From a virus (taxonomy: Duplodnaviria > Caudoviricetes), in the IMG/VR virus record IMGVR_UViG_3300025087_000689: a stretch of DNA of 64,000 nt. One strand, written 5' to 3'. Below, in pieces: positions 29,413-39,237 of this stretch. Each line of letters opens with the position of its first letter. Within the stretch, counting starts at the first letter, position 1. The position numbers were made by a program, and so were the translations under genes. A model generated the notes under the pieces. That model was not told where the DNA came from. It worked only from the letters and a program-made list of their open reading frames with translations, and did not search any database.

Positions 29413-31299
29413 ATGGATTTTAAATCAATATCATTACTTAGTGGATCTCTTGTAGTTCCAACTTCTGGGGTACCTATTATTGCTTCTGAAGTTCGTGGGT
29501 ATACACCATCGAATTTATTATCCTTCTTAGATCTTACAGATAGCATTTTAGAAAATAATCCCGATTATAATATATATGAGAAGATTTCACCTATTTCTGG
29601 TGTGTATCCTCATGAGTATATATTACCCGAAAAATTTCGCGGTTATAGTTCAGGTTCATTAATCGTTACTGATAGGTCAGTCGAATCACAATTTGTAGAT
29701 TTTAATTTACCTTTGTTTTATGAATACCAGTTGATGTATGATTCTTATTTGATGGATCCTTCATTACCTGATGGATTTTTAATTATCAGAAAAAATTTCG
29801 AATCTCTAGTTAATCCAGATAATTATGTTCTTGAAACTAGACTATTCCCAACCAGTAGTGGCAGATATAGTAGTGATTCTACTTCTGGTTTTCTATGGGG
29901 TACTAGACCTATCTCAGGTAATGTTGTTACATCACGACTTCTTTTACCTGCAAGAGAGAAGGATAATTTTTATACCGTCGAATATAATAAGTATATTAAC
30001 GACACAATTCAAGAACATTACAATGAATTTATTAATGAACAAGTTTTATATAATTCTAATGATTATACTATAACTCCTAGTTCTATTGTTTTAGTGGAGG
30101 GAGGAGATATTGTTTCTGGTGCTATTTTATATGTTCAAAGACAACCAGATTCATATATAAAGATTAAAAGTCCTTTTTACTCTAATGATAAGTCTAAGGT
30201 TTTACCATGGCAATTTCAAGTATCATGTGGTGAGTTTTTATTATCGTCTGGTATTTTTGGTGGAAGTAGGTCTTACTATGTATCTAATGACTACGTGAGT
30301 GGGTACTACGCGAGTGGTCATATAGTTAATTCTGAGATTCCACAGTTTATTAACAAGAATATAATTAAGGTCGGTGTCACTCCTTTATATACGTCTGGTT
30401 CTATATATCCTACTTATTCAGTGTCTAATACTATATTATCAGGCACAATTAATGGCAGGTATATCATAGATAGAATTTCTTCTATTGATTATAATAATGG
30501 TTATATTTATCTTAAACAAGATATCAAACCAACAGATAGTATTCAATTAACTTATATTTATGATTATACGAAGACTATTCTCGCTGGTAGTATTGATCTT
30601 AATCCAAAGAATACAATTAATGCGAATGTCGATATTGCGTTAGATTCTGTTGGACTTGTCGTTGTTCCGTCTGGAACTACATTTTATAACTCTAATTCCG
30701 ATCCAAGTGGATGGAGTTATTTAGCTTATTATCCCATGAGTGATAATATTAGTGGTGATTTCTCAGCTGGTATTACTAAGGGGTACGCTGTTGAAAGTGC
30801 TACTGAAGCAATGATGCAAGGTTGTGTTTCTGGATTAATACCTTCTGGATCTAGGCTGATTGGAATTTTTTCATTAAATTCATTGTCTAATGACATGGTG
30901 AAGGTTTATGATGCTCGTAAATCTGGAGGATATATTTCTAGTGATATTAAGGCTATAAGTGGATGGAGGGGATTTAGTGATATTGGATATTGGGATGGTG
31001 AGCCTTTTCCACATGCTGGAACATTGGTAATACAGATACCTTCTGGAGTATACCGTGAAATATATGAGCTTTTTGATTCAAATACAGAATATACACAACA
31101 AACATCATTATACACACCTGATCTTACCAGGATTATTGAACGGGATGTTTCATCTTATGATAGCAGAGAACAACATATTCATAATGATGTTAAAAAATAT
31201 ATAAGAGACACAATAGAAAGATATTTGCCAGCTGGATTTTTATATATTATAGTTGATGAGAACTTTAATCCGTGGTCTTCTATACGGGGTGAATCCTAA
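29413..31299 (+). CDS. Structural protein, Ser-Gly rich
   Basis: GAGGA RBS at 29403-29407 supports ATG 29413 (TTG 29410 is possible). C-terminal DIGYWDGEPFPHAGTLVIQIP...ERYLPAG. About 21 SG. Confidence 0.6.
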   Translation: MDFKSISLLSGSLVVPTSGVPIIASEVRGYTPSNLLSFLDLTDSILENNPDYNIYEKISPISGVYPHEYILPEKFRGYSSGSLIVTDRSVESQFVDFNLPLFYEYQLMYDSYLMDPSLPDGFLIIRKNFESLVNPDNYVLETRLFPTSSGRYSSDSTSGFLWGTRPISGNVVTSRLLLPAREKDNFYTVEYNKYINDTIQEHYNEFINEQVLYNSNDYTITPSSIVLVEGGDIVSGAILYVQRQPDSYIKIKSPFYSNDKSKVLPWQFQVSCGEFLLSSGIFGGSRSYYVSNDYVSGYYASGHIVNSEIPQFINKNIIKVGVTPLYTSGSIYPTYSVSNTILSGTINGRYIIDRISSIDYNNGYIYLKQDIKPTDSIQLTYIYDYTKTILAGSIDLNPKNTINANVDIALDSVGLVVVPSGTTFYNSNSDPSGWSYLAYYPMSDNISGDFSAGITKGYAVESATEAMMQGCVSGLIPSGSRLIGIFSLNSLSNDMVKVYDARKSGGYISSDIKAISGWRGFSDIGYWDGEPFPHAGTLVIQIPSGVYREIYELFDSNTEYTQQTSLYTPDLTRIIERDVSSYDSREQHIHNDVKKYIRDTIERYLPAGFLYIIVDENFNPWSSIRGES

Positions 31300-33596
31300 T
31301 GTTTATATTTGAAGATAAAAATAACGATTATTTAAATCAAGAAGTTGATTTAAGATTAAGTGAACTAACATCGCAAGGTTTAATTAAATCTGAAGAAGAA
31401 TATAAACGCGTCATTCAAAATACACTTAATAGTATTGATGCCGATCTTCAGCGTATTACAGATGTTAAAAAATATGCAGTTAAAAGCGATGAGACTATTT
31501 CATCTAAACAATTAAATGAACTTTTCACTGATTTAGAATCAGATGTTAGAATTTTACATAAAGAGATCTCTGATATTCATCATGTTATTGATCTTACTTT
31601 TGATCGAAATAGATTATTTTATAGACGAATTAAAAATAGAATAGCCGCTATTTGGAAAGAAATTCAACATTTTAGAGAGAATACATTTAATATTGAAGCG
31701 AGTAATTATACGTTTTTTGAATCATTCAGTGAAAATTCTGTCATGCATTTAAGTGGACTAACCATAGATAAGAAAACAGGGACTCTAGTTTTAGCTCCCG
31801 GTTATATTAATTCGTTTAGTGATTCATCTGATATTGCATCTATTGATATGAGTCTATATCCAGCAGCGAATAAAGATGGTGGAGTTATTGATACCACAAA
31901 TATTAAAAACACATTTGACTATAACTATAGTTCTGGAGATCACACACTTCTTAAAGATGGTCTTTGGAAAGTTCAAATGTTAACTGCTGATATACCAGAG
32001 ATCATATTAGATATATTTGGTAGAGGAATGAATCGTACATATCGGGGTATTGTGACTAATATTGAAATAACATTCACTAGCCAAAAAATTATTAACGAAA
32101 TCAATGTAGATCCTTATGGTGATTTTTCAACTAAGGTTATTGGTGTACGATATCAGGTTGATGAAACATCAACTGAATGGCTTGATGTAGTGGATGAGAA
32201 TGGAGTAACAGTTACTAGTTCAGATGTTGATTGGATAGTACTAAGAAATTTCGCACCTATATCAGCTAAGAAGTTACGTATATATTTTTATCAACCTAAT
32301 TATCAGATCATTAGTCGGCTTCTAAATAGCGTGGATAGCATGGTAGATAAGATGGTTAAAGCTCTTATTGAACAGCGTTTTGAGAAAGTTAATTATAAAT
32401 ATAAATCTAAAGATCAATTTCCAAAATGGGATACATCCGAGGAAGCAGATCTCTACGATGAAATTATGAAAATTATCGATGAGGGTGGTGATATTAGTAC
32501 ACTTGAATCTCAAATTACAAACTTATTAGTACCACAACCAATAGATATCTCTGCTGATATTAGAAATTGGAAATTATTTAATCTCGGTGCTTGGTCTATT
32601 GATCCAAGAAATGTCGCCTATTCTCCTCAATCTACTGGAGTATATATTTCTCACGACCCTAGAGATCATACATCTGGATTTAAAGTAACTAATGGAGTTC
32701 CAAGTTATGTAAAATTATATACACAGCAATCGGAACCTTCCACTACATCTATTGAATGGTCTCTTCTTGTAGATACAGATAATGTTAACTATAAAGAGAT
32801 TCCGATTATTCCTAATAATGATATATGGAGAAATGAAACTGCCAAATATAACGAACATTTGAATCTTAAATATTATTCTCGTGCGGCCAGACAAGTGGTA
32901 AATCATAAAAATATGTATAATGTTTTTAAATTGGATTTCCCTATTCACCCAGCATATATTGCATCTATCGTAATTACAGAGAATGGTTTACCTTTAGCCG
33001 CTAGTAACTATCGTTATTTTGAATTTTATAATAGTACTGAACTTTATGTTCCGAATGCGGATTTAACTAATAATGGGATATATACTATCAAGTATATACC
33101 AGCTATGTTGGATACGGTTAAGTGTTGGACAATTATTCCAAATACCTTACCAAGAGCAGGACAAGTTGATATCGGAACAATGTGTGTTTTTGCTACTAAA
33201 CAAGCGGCTATCAATATGGTTAATCTTTTAAAACAATCTATTACAATAGCTAATAAACCAAAAAATGTAGTTGTATCAAAAGGATATACTATAGTGTCTC
33301 AATTATGCACTGTCAAAGAATATAACTTTTGGTTTTTAAATGGAACAGTTAATACATTTATTGATAGTGCACTGGATAATGACAATGACAGAAATAATCA
33401 AATAAGTTGGTTTGCCACTAATGATAAGAATTTTAAATATAATATGAGTGATACTCGAGTAACATGGTTATTTAGAACCAATGTTTTTATTACACAGAAA
33501 GTAACGCCTTATAGTGAAAATGGATATGATGAATATACATGGAAAGAATTACCGGCTGCTGTTCCATCTGTTAAAATAAAGGAGATCCAACACTAA
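31299..33596 (+). CDS. Structural protein, paralogue family A (N-terminal coiled coil followed by F.ESF...D..TGTL.L)
   Basis: 765 aa, TAATG-coupled. The N-terminal architecture is shared with the ORFs at 34396, 40780 and 44517. Confidence 0.6.
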   Translation: MFIFEDKNNDYLNQEVDLRLSELTSQGLIKSEEEYKRVIQNTLNSIDADLQRITDVKKYAVKSDETISSKQLNELFTDLESDVRILHKEISDIHHVIDLTFDRNRLFYRRIKNRIAAIWKEIQHFRENTFNIEASNYTFFESFSENSVMHLSGLTIDKKTGTLVLAPGYINSFSDSSDIASIDMSLYPAANKDGGVIDTTNIKNTFDYNYSSGDHTLLKDGLWKVQMLTADIPEIILDIFGRGMNRTYRGIVTNIEITFTSQKIINEINVDPYGDFSTKVIGVRYQVDETSTEWLDVVDENGVTVTSSDVDWIVLRNFAPISAKKLRIYFYQPNYQIISRLLNSVDSMVDKMVKALIEQRFEKVNYKYKSKDQFPKWDTSEEADLYDEIMKIIDEGGDISTLESQITNLLVPQPIDISADIRNWKLFNLGAWSIDPRNVAYSPQSTGVYISHDPRDHTSGFKVTNGVPSYVKLYTQQSEPSTTSIEWSLLVDTDNVNYKEIPIIPNNDIWRNETAKYNEHLNLKYYSRAARQVVNHKNMYNVFKLDFPIHPAYIASIVITENGLPLAASNYRYFEFYNSTELYVPNADLTNNGIYTIKYIPAMLDTVKCWTIIPNTLPRAGQVDIGTMCVFATKQAAINMVNLLKQSITIANKPKNVVVSKGYTIVSQLCTVKEYNFWFLNGTVNTFIDSALDNDNDRNNQISWFATNDKNFKYNMSDTRVTWLFRTNVFITQKVTPYSENGYDEYTWKELPAAVPSVKIKEIQH

Positions 33597-34396
33597 TGGC
33601 AACTCCTAATTATGCTATTTTAGCTCAAGGATATTTAACTCGTTTAGAGAGTATTAAAAAAGATTTGCAGGCTGGAAATTATACTGATTCCAGTTTAGAT
33701 AAAACTATTACAACTCTTAGTACTATACAATCTACTATTAATTACTTTGGTTTTTTAAATATTGTTACTAGTCCGCAGACTGCTAGAATACCAATTTTGA
33801 TTAGATATATTTATAACTTAATTAAGGTTTTGAGAGATTTAATTAAACAAAATTCTGAGATAATGTATCCACCAGAATATGTGTTTCCTAAGAATCCAAA
33901 TCTAGTCCAGTATCTTGAACCACAAAAAGTAATAAACGAAATATATAAAGATGATGGATCTGGATTAAAATTTGAATTGGGATTTACTGGGACGTTTAAT
34001 GTTATTAGAACTAAATATCCTCCATATCTTGATAGATCTTTTTTTGATTTTAAAAATCAAGAATGGACAGAAAAACAAATAACAGTTAATATAGCAGATA
34101 ATCCGAATGTAAAAGATATAACACCATACTTCACAAGTTCAGTTGTTAACTTTTCTGGTACATCTTCTGGAATACATGATAAGATAGTATATTACTTTGA
34201 TGGAGAAAAGATTGTAACTAACTTTGATTTTAGTAATGTTGATGATAGAAAAACAGTAAAAATTTCATATAAGAAGCTTTTAAATTCACTGCGAGTCAAA
34301 GCTACTTTAAGAACTAATACACTTGGAATTTCTTATTATACCCCAGTTGTAGATCAGTATACTTTATTAGTAGATAAACAAAGGGTTCTAAACTAA
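33596..34396 (+). CDS. Structural protein
   Basis: 266 aa, TAATG-coupled. C-terminal LRVKATLRT...YTPVVDQYTLLV motif shared with 39238, 40780 and 44517. Confidence 0.6.
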   Translation: MATPNYAILAQGYLTRLESIKKDLQAGNYTDSSLDKTITTLSTIQSTINYFGFLNIVTSPQTARIPILIRYIYNLIKVLRDLIKQNSEIMYPPEYVFPKNPNLVQYLEPQKVINEIYKDDGSGLKFELGFTGTFNVIRTKYPPYLDRSFFDFKNQEWTEKQITVNIADNPNVKDITPYFTSSVVNFSGTSSGIHDKIVYYFDGEKIVTNFDFSNVDDRKTVKISYKKLLNSLRVKATLRTNTLGISYYTPVVDQYTLLVDKQRVLN

Positions 34397-35916
34397 TGGA
34401 TACCATTCGTAAACAACTAGTTGATGATAAACGAGCTAATGATATATTTGCTCGTGTAAGACTTCGTTTATCAAATGAAAGAATTAAAACAAATGAGAAA
34501 TACCTTGAAATATTGATTGATGAAATAAATAAATATTTTTCTGATTTATCTACTAGCACTATCAATTCGAATGATCTTCCAGACGAGAGAACCGGACCGT
34601 TAGTTAATAACCATAATAAATTATTAGTAGATATTGCTTCTGATTTAGATAAAGTAAATAAAAAAAGAATAGAGGTACAATCAGTAATTACCAAAGCCGT
34701 TAATTATTTATCAGCTGAGAGAGTTAGTGTTAATAACGCCGTTAGTAAAATGCATGCTAGAATTATTAATCAAAAATTAAGAACATCAGCTAATGATAGA
34801 CATATAACATTTTTTTCAGAGTACTTTACTAATGATAAATTCGTTGATAAAAAGTTAAGTAAAAATGTCAGTGTTGATTCCGCTTTAAGTGCCTTGACTC
34901 TTTCATCTCTAGTTGAGAATAAAGATAATTCTAATATGATAGATACCAATGAAATATTTGTGGAAGTTAAACTTAAAAATAATGAATCAGTAAATAGATT
35001 TGCTATTTATCCAGCGAGTCAACCTATTAATCAAATACATATGGCTGGGTTTGGACGCACCGTTACTAACAATGATGTAATAACACCAATGAAAAACTTA
35101 AATAGTGCTGGTACAAATTCTGAAAAATATAATAATATTCAGAAACAATGTGTAGTTACGGGTGAGATTACAGATCCTTTTACATTTGGTGAATTTGAAT
35201 TAATATTTAATGATTTTAAAAATCAAAATCTTCGTAACACCATAATTAAGTCTATTAAAAGATCAGTTCCAAATGCCGCTAACTTAGATGTAGATCCCCA
35301 ACATGTTGTTACTAATAGCACAGGACCTTTAGGTTCGTCTTTTAATGGTGCATATTATCTTCCTAATAAAACTATAGCCACGGATAATGTTGTTTTAAAA
35401 GAGTTAATTCAATCTGTTGGATTAAAGTTTAAATTAAAACAAGGTCAATTACGTGGATTACTATCTTATATACGGATTAACTTTGTTCCATCTGAAACTA
35501 ATTTATCTATACCTCAGATAAATTATAACGAATCTTATATTAAAGATTCTAATGGTATTATTTATAAACCATTTAAAGAAATGAAATCTGTTATAAATGG
35601 CGACGTCGAAGATAGATTGCTTATGTTAGATTCAGTTGTTGTGTCACCTATAGAATTTTATATTGCTTTTCAATTACCTAACCTAATAGCTATACCTATT
35701 AAAAGCTATACTGGTCTTTGTTGGAAAGTAAGATTACATGGTTCTGATGTGACTGGATATGCTAGTGATAATCAAGTGTTTACTTCTTCATCTAATAAGT
35801 ATATCTTTGTATATCATGATGTTATTAGAGATGCATCAGATACAAATTTTCAAGATATTAATAAATCTCGATTAAAAGAAATAATGTCACATTATGATAT
35901 TACCACTTTAACTTAG
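34396..35916 (+). CDS. Structural protein, paralogue family A
   Basis: 506 aa. HNKLLVDIASDL...coiled coil...FFSEYFTN...VSVDSALSALTL. Confidence 0.6.
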   Translation: MDTIRKQLVDDKRANDIFARVRLRLSNERIKTNEKYLEILIDEINKYFSDLSTSTINSNDLPDERTGPLVNNHNKLLVDIASDLDKVNKKRIEVQSVITKAVNYLSAERVSVNNAVSKMHARIINQKLRTSANDRHITFFSEYFTNDKFVDKKLSKNVSVDSALSALTLSSLVENKDNSNMIDTNEIFVEVKLKNNESVNRFAIYPASQPINQIHMAGFGRTVTNNDVITPMKNLNSAGTNSEKYNNIQKQCVVTGEITDPFTFGEFELIFNDFKNQNLRNTIIKSIKRSVPNAANLDVDPQHVVTNSTGPLGSSFNGAYYLPNKTIATDNVVLKELIQSVGLKFKLKQGQLRGLLSYIRINFVPSETNLSIPQINYNESYIKDSNGIIYKPFKEMKSVINGDVEDRLLMLDSVVVSPIEFYIAFQLPNLIAIPIKSYTGLCWKVRLHGSDVTGYASDNQVFTSSSNKYIFVYHDVIRDASDTNFQDINKSRLKEIMSHYDITTLT

Positions 35917-35924
35917 GATAATAC

Positions 35925-38900
35925 ATGAGTTTTTATAAAAATAATTTAATTGATGTTGGTTTAAATCAAGTAATATATACTGTTACTGAACAACCATATT
36001 CTTTTAATATTTGTTCATTAAATAATGTTGTTACTCCAAGTATATCTGGAAATTTAAATTCAACAAGAATTAGAGTTCCTTTTGATATGATTGTATTTGG
36101 TAGGGTTCGTTTATTAACACTATCCACTAATTCACTTAATTGGGAATATTTTTGGAGTAATACTACTACATATGCTCAAACTAACTGTATGGTTGGTGTT
36201 AATCAAAATTATTTTAATAAAGTAGGAACTACGAATACAGCTACTTATGGATGGCCTGTTCCGATATATGGTGGAGTCAGCGAACCAAAATTTTATTATT
36301 CTATTAATCCAACAAGTAGAACATCTATTCCAATCAATACAGGTGGTAAACCATGGGCTTATTTGGAAAATTTTATTGCCATGCCTGTGGCTAATGGAAC
36401 TAGAAGTTATTCAACAACTATAATCAGTATCACCGATAGTTATCAAGAACTTCAACGTGAACTACAGTATGATAGCTCAAATGAGATTATACATTACATC
36501 ACTCTAGCTAAGTATAGTTTTAAATATAAAGGTTTAATACAAACACAATTATATCAATCACCATTAGAATATATGCGAGGTCCTTATAATATTACTTTAT
36601 TATTGGATTTTAAATATCATATTTCTAATCCTACCAAATTAGTTGGTCTCGATATTCTAAATAAATATATTCTTAATATTGGTGAATCTACTGGTATTAA
36701 TCCGTCTGTAAGTTTAGTTCCCGGTGGAACTTGGAGTATTGGTGTTGATTTTGGTTCTTTTCCAACGACTAGTTTTGGTGTTAGACAACCAAGCGTATTC
36801 AAATATACTTTAACTCGAACAAGTGACACGTTTTTATGGAACGACCATAAGATATATTATCCTACAACAGTTGATCAATCTGAAATAAATAAATTTAGTT
36901 CTTTTCAAAGCACACCAACGGAATCCGGTGTTTGTGTTTTATATGAACAAGGAAGATTTCGTACAAGTGAATATTTTCATTATGATCAAAATGGAGTTCC
37001 GGAATTAGTTGATTGGAGATTATCGATAATAGAAAAAAGCCATTGGGTACCTGAGAAACGTGCTCCAGCATCAAGAGAATTAAGTAGATATAGGACGCTT
37101 CCTTATGTATGGTCTCTTAATCCTAGTGGTGTTATTAATACCACTGATGGAAGAGCCTTTCCCATTCTTTCTCCAGTTCGTCAGACATATAATAGCCAGT
37201 ACTGTTCGTCAGCTATTTTTTCTCTTCCCGATGAAACATCTAAATATACTATTGAATTGCTTCCACTTTATGGATTCAATGTAGTGGCTAGTAACTTTCC
37301 TGGCGGTATTGGTTCAATGGTAGCATTGAATGATAAAAGTATTAAAGCACAAGAAAGAGAATTACAGATAGCTGGAGTGACTTATACAACCGCTGGAGAT
37401 GATTTCTATATTCTTTATATTCTAACTAGAGAAAATCTATACATGCATGTAATATATGGAAATAATAACTCGGCAATATATACTTATCCTGGTAGAAATA
37501 ATATCATTGGTGTATATAGTAACTCTCCATTATCTGAAAATCTAACATGCGAGTATCTTACTACGGTGCAAAAGACTTTATTCTTTACACTGGAGACTAA
37601 GATTTATAGAATAAATATGTCTTCTATGATTCCTACGGCTTCTCTAAATACTGAAATAACTGATACAGCTGTTAACTATGATATACTTTTAACTTTTTCA
37701 AATAAAGAACAGGCAAACGAAGCTAAGAAACGTATTGATTTAAATCAATGGGAAGTTAGAACTACAACAGGTCAACTTATTACTATTGATAAAAAAGAAT
37801 CTCGTGTCGGAAAGAGAGACGGCACTGACTTAGAGAAAGTATATATAAGAATAAATCTTATACAATATCTTCGCGATAGTGGTGCTTTAGTGGTAGAAAA
37901 TCTAAAACTATATGTTAGGGCTATTGATTTTCATGTACCTTACATTATAGTATGCACTATTACCGTTGATGGTAGAATATTACAACTAGGAAGTTTGACA
38001 TTTAATTATAAAGGAATAACTTGTAATGTTCCATTAAGTGCTTCCTTTGCTAATGGTGTTATACATACGACATTAAATGATTTAAACACTAGTACTTTTA
38101 CTGTTAGTGCACCTGGTGATGTAGCTAATGTGCTCTCCACTAAATTAACATGGGCTGCGGATAATCAAAATTGGATGACTGTTGGTGAATGTACATCAAG
38201 AGAAGGGACTGGTTCCTCAGGGTTTTTTAATAATGCATATCCTGCTAAATATCTAATATGGAATAAAAAGAACCCCACAGAAACTCAATTTCTGATTCAT
38301 GGTAATACTTCGACGCCAGTAAGATCAAATACAGTTTCCGGTAATGTTGGAACTAATAGCGGATTAAAACTCGTTGTAACCAGTAAGTGTTACGAAAAAA
38401 AAGAATACATGTTGCCTCAAATAACAGTGTATGATGATCATAAATTTATAATTGGAAAGATATACAATGACAATTTAGTAGATATAGATAGAGTTCCAAA
38501 TGGATTTTCGACAAATTATTCTGTTAAAAATAATAATATGTTTGTTCCAAAATTAAGTGATAATAATAATTATGCCTATACATTTAACTTTAGATGCAGT
38601 CCTAATTATTTAGATATAACTGGAAGATATACTATTTATTACGAGAATGATACAAGCGATCCTATATCTGGCCGTATTAGTACACCAATGATTAAACGCT
38701 GGTGGATTATAGGTATACCAGTTAAACAAGATAATCCTTATTTACCATATGTTAATTATATTCGTGGTATTACTGCTGATGGAGGTGCAATTACTTTAAC
38801 TAGTGGCACGCTTAATGAGGTATTAACTGAGGGTGTTTATCCTCCAACTAGAATAACAGAATATAATTTTGACTACAAACATCGTCCGAATTATGCTTAT

Positions 38901-39224
38901 AGATCTGTTTCTAGAGCTTATCTTCATAATGAATATACAGATAGACTTGTTCTACATGTTACTAACGCGACAGGAAATACCAATTGTGGAACGGTTTGGA
39001 CTAGTGGAACTTGTACTGTTCCTTCTGGTTATATGGATTTTAAAGATGTTCAGTTTTCTGATTCTAATTTAGGTATTGCATCATTAACAAGTGGTATGAT
39101 TCCTAATGGTTTATATGGCATATTTTTTATAGTTGAAGATACAATAGGCCATAGAACTGGTATTGATTTACTTCAGTTATCGACTTCTACTCAACTACCA
39201 GCATCTGGTGGATTTAATTATTAA
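35925..39224 (+). CDS. Large beta-rich structural protein (fibre/adhesin-like)
   Basis: 1099 aa, rich in T/N/S/Y, inside the structural operon. No family recognised. Confidence 0.55.
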   Translation: MSFYKNNLIDVGLNQVIYTVTEQPYSFNICSLNNVVTPSISGNLNSTRIRVPFDMIVFGRVRLLTLSTNSLNWEYFWSNTTTYAQTNCMVGVNQNYFNKVGTTNTATYGWPVPIYGGVSEPKFYYSINPTSRTSIPINTGGKPWAYLENFIAMPVANGTRSYSTTIISITDSYQELQRELQYDSSNEIIHYITLAKYSFKYKGLIQTQLYQSPLEYMRGPYNITLLLDFKYHISNPTKLVGLDILNKYILNIGESTGINPSVSLVPGGTWSIGVDFGSFPTTSFGVRQPSVFKYTLTRTSDTFLWNDHKIYYPTTVDQSEINKFSSFQSTPTESGVCVLYEQGRFRTSEYFHYDQNGVPELVDWRLSIIEKSHWVPEKRAPASRELSRYRTLPYVWSLNPSGVINTTDGRAFPILSPVRQTYNSQYCSSAIFSLPDETSKYTIELLPLYGFNVVASNFPGGIGSMVALNDKSIKAQERELQIAGVTYTTAGDDFYILYILTRENLYMHVIYGNNNSAIYTYPGRNNIIGVYSNSPLSENLTCEYLTTVQKTLFFTLETKIYRINMSSMIPTASLNTEITDTAVNYDILLTFSNKEQANEAKKRIDLNQWEVRTTTGQLITIDKKESRVGKRDGTDLEKVYIRINLIQYLRDSGALVVENLKLYVRAIDFHVPYIIVCTITVDGRILQLGSLTFNYKGITCNVPLSASFANGVIHTTLNDLNTSTFTVSAPGDVANVLSTKLTWAADNQNWMTVGECTSREGTGSSGFFNNAYPAKYLIWNKKNPTETQFLIHGNTSTPVRSNTVSGNVGTNSGLKLVVTSKCYEKKEYMLPQITVYDDHKFIIGKIYNDNLVDIDRVPNGFSTNYSVKNNNMFVPKLSDNNNYAYTFNFRCSPNYLDITGRYTIYYENDTSDPISGRISTPMIKRWWIIGIPVKQDNPYLPYVNYIRGITADGGAITLTSGTLNEVLTEGVYPPTRITEYNFDYKHRPNYAYRSVSRAYLHNEYTDRLVLHVTNATGNTNCGTVWTSGTCTVPSGYMDFKDVQFSDSNLGIASLTSGMIPNGLYGIFFIVEDTIGHRTGIDLLQLSTSTQLPASGGFNY

Positions 39225-39237
39225 GAGGTAATGAACA

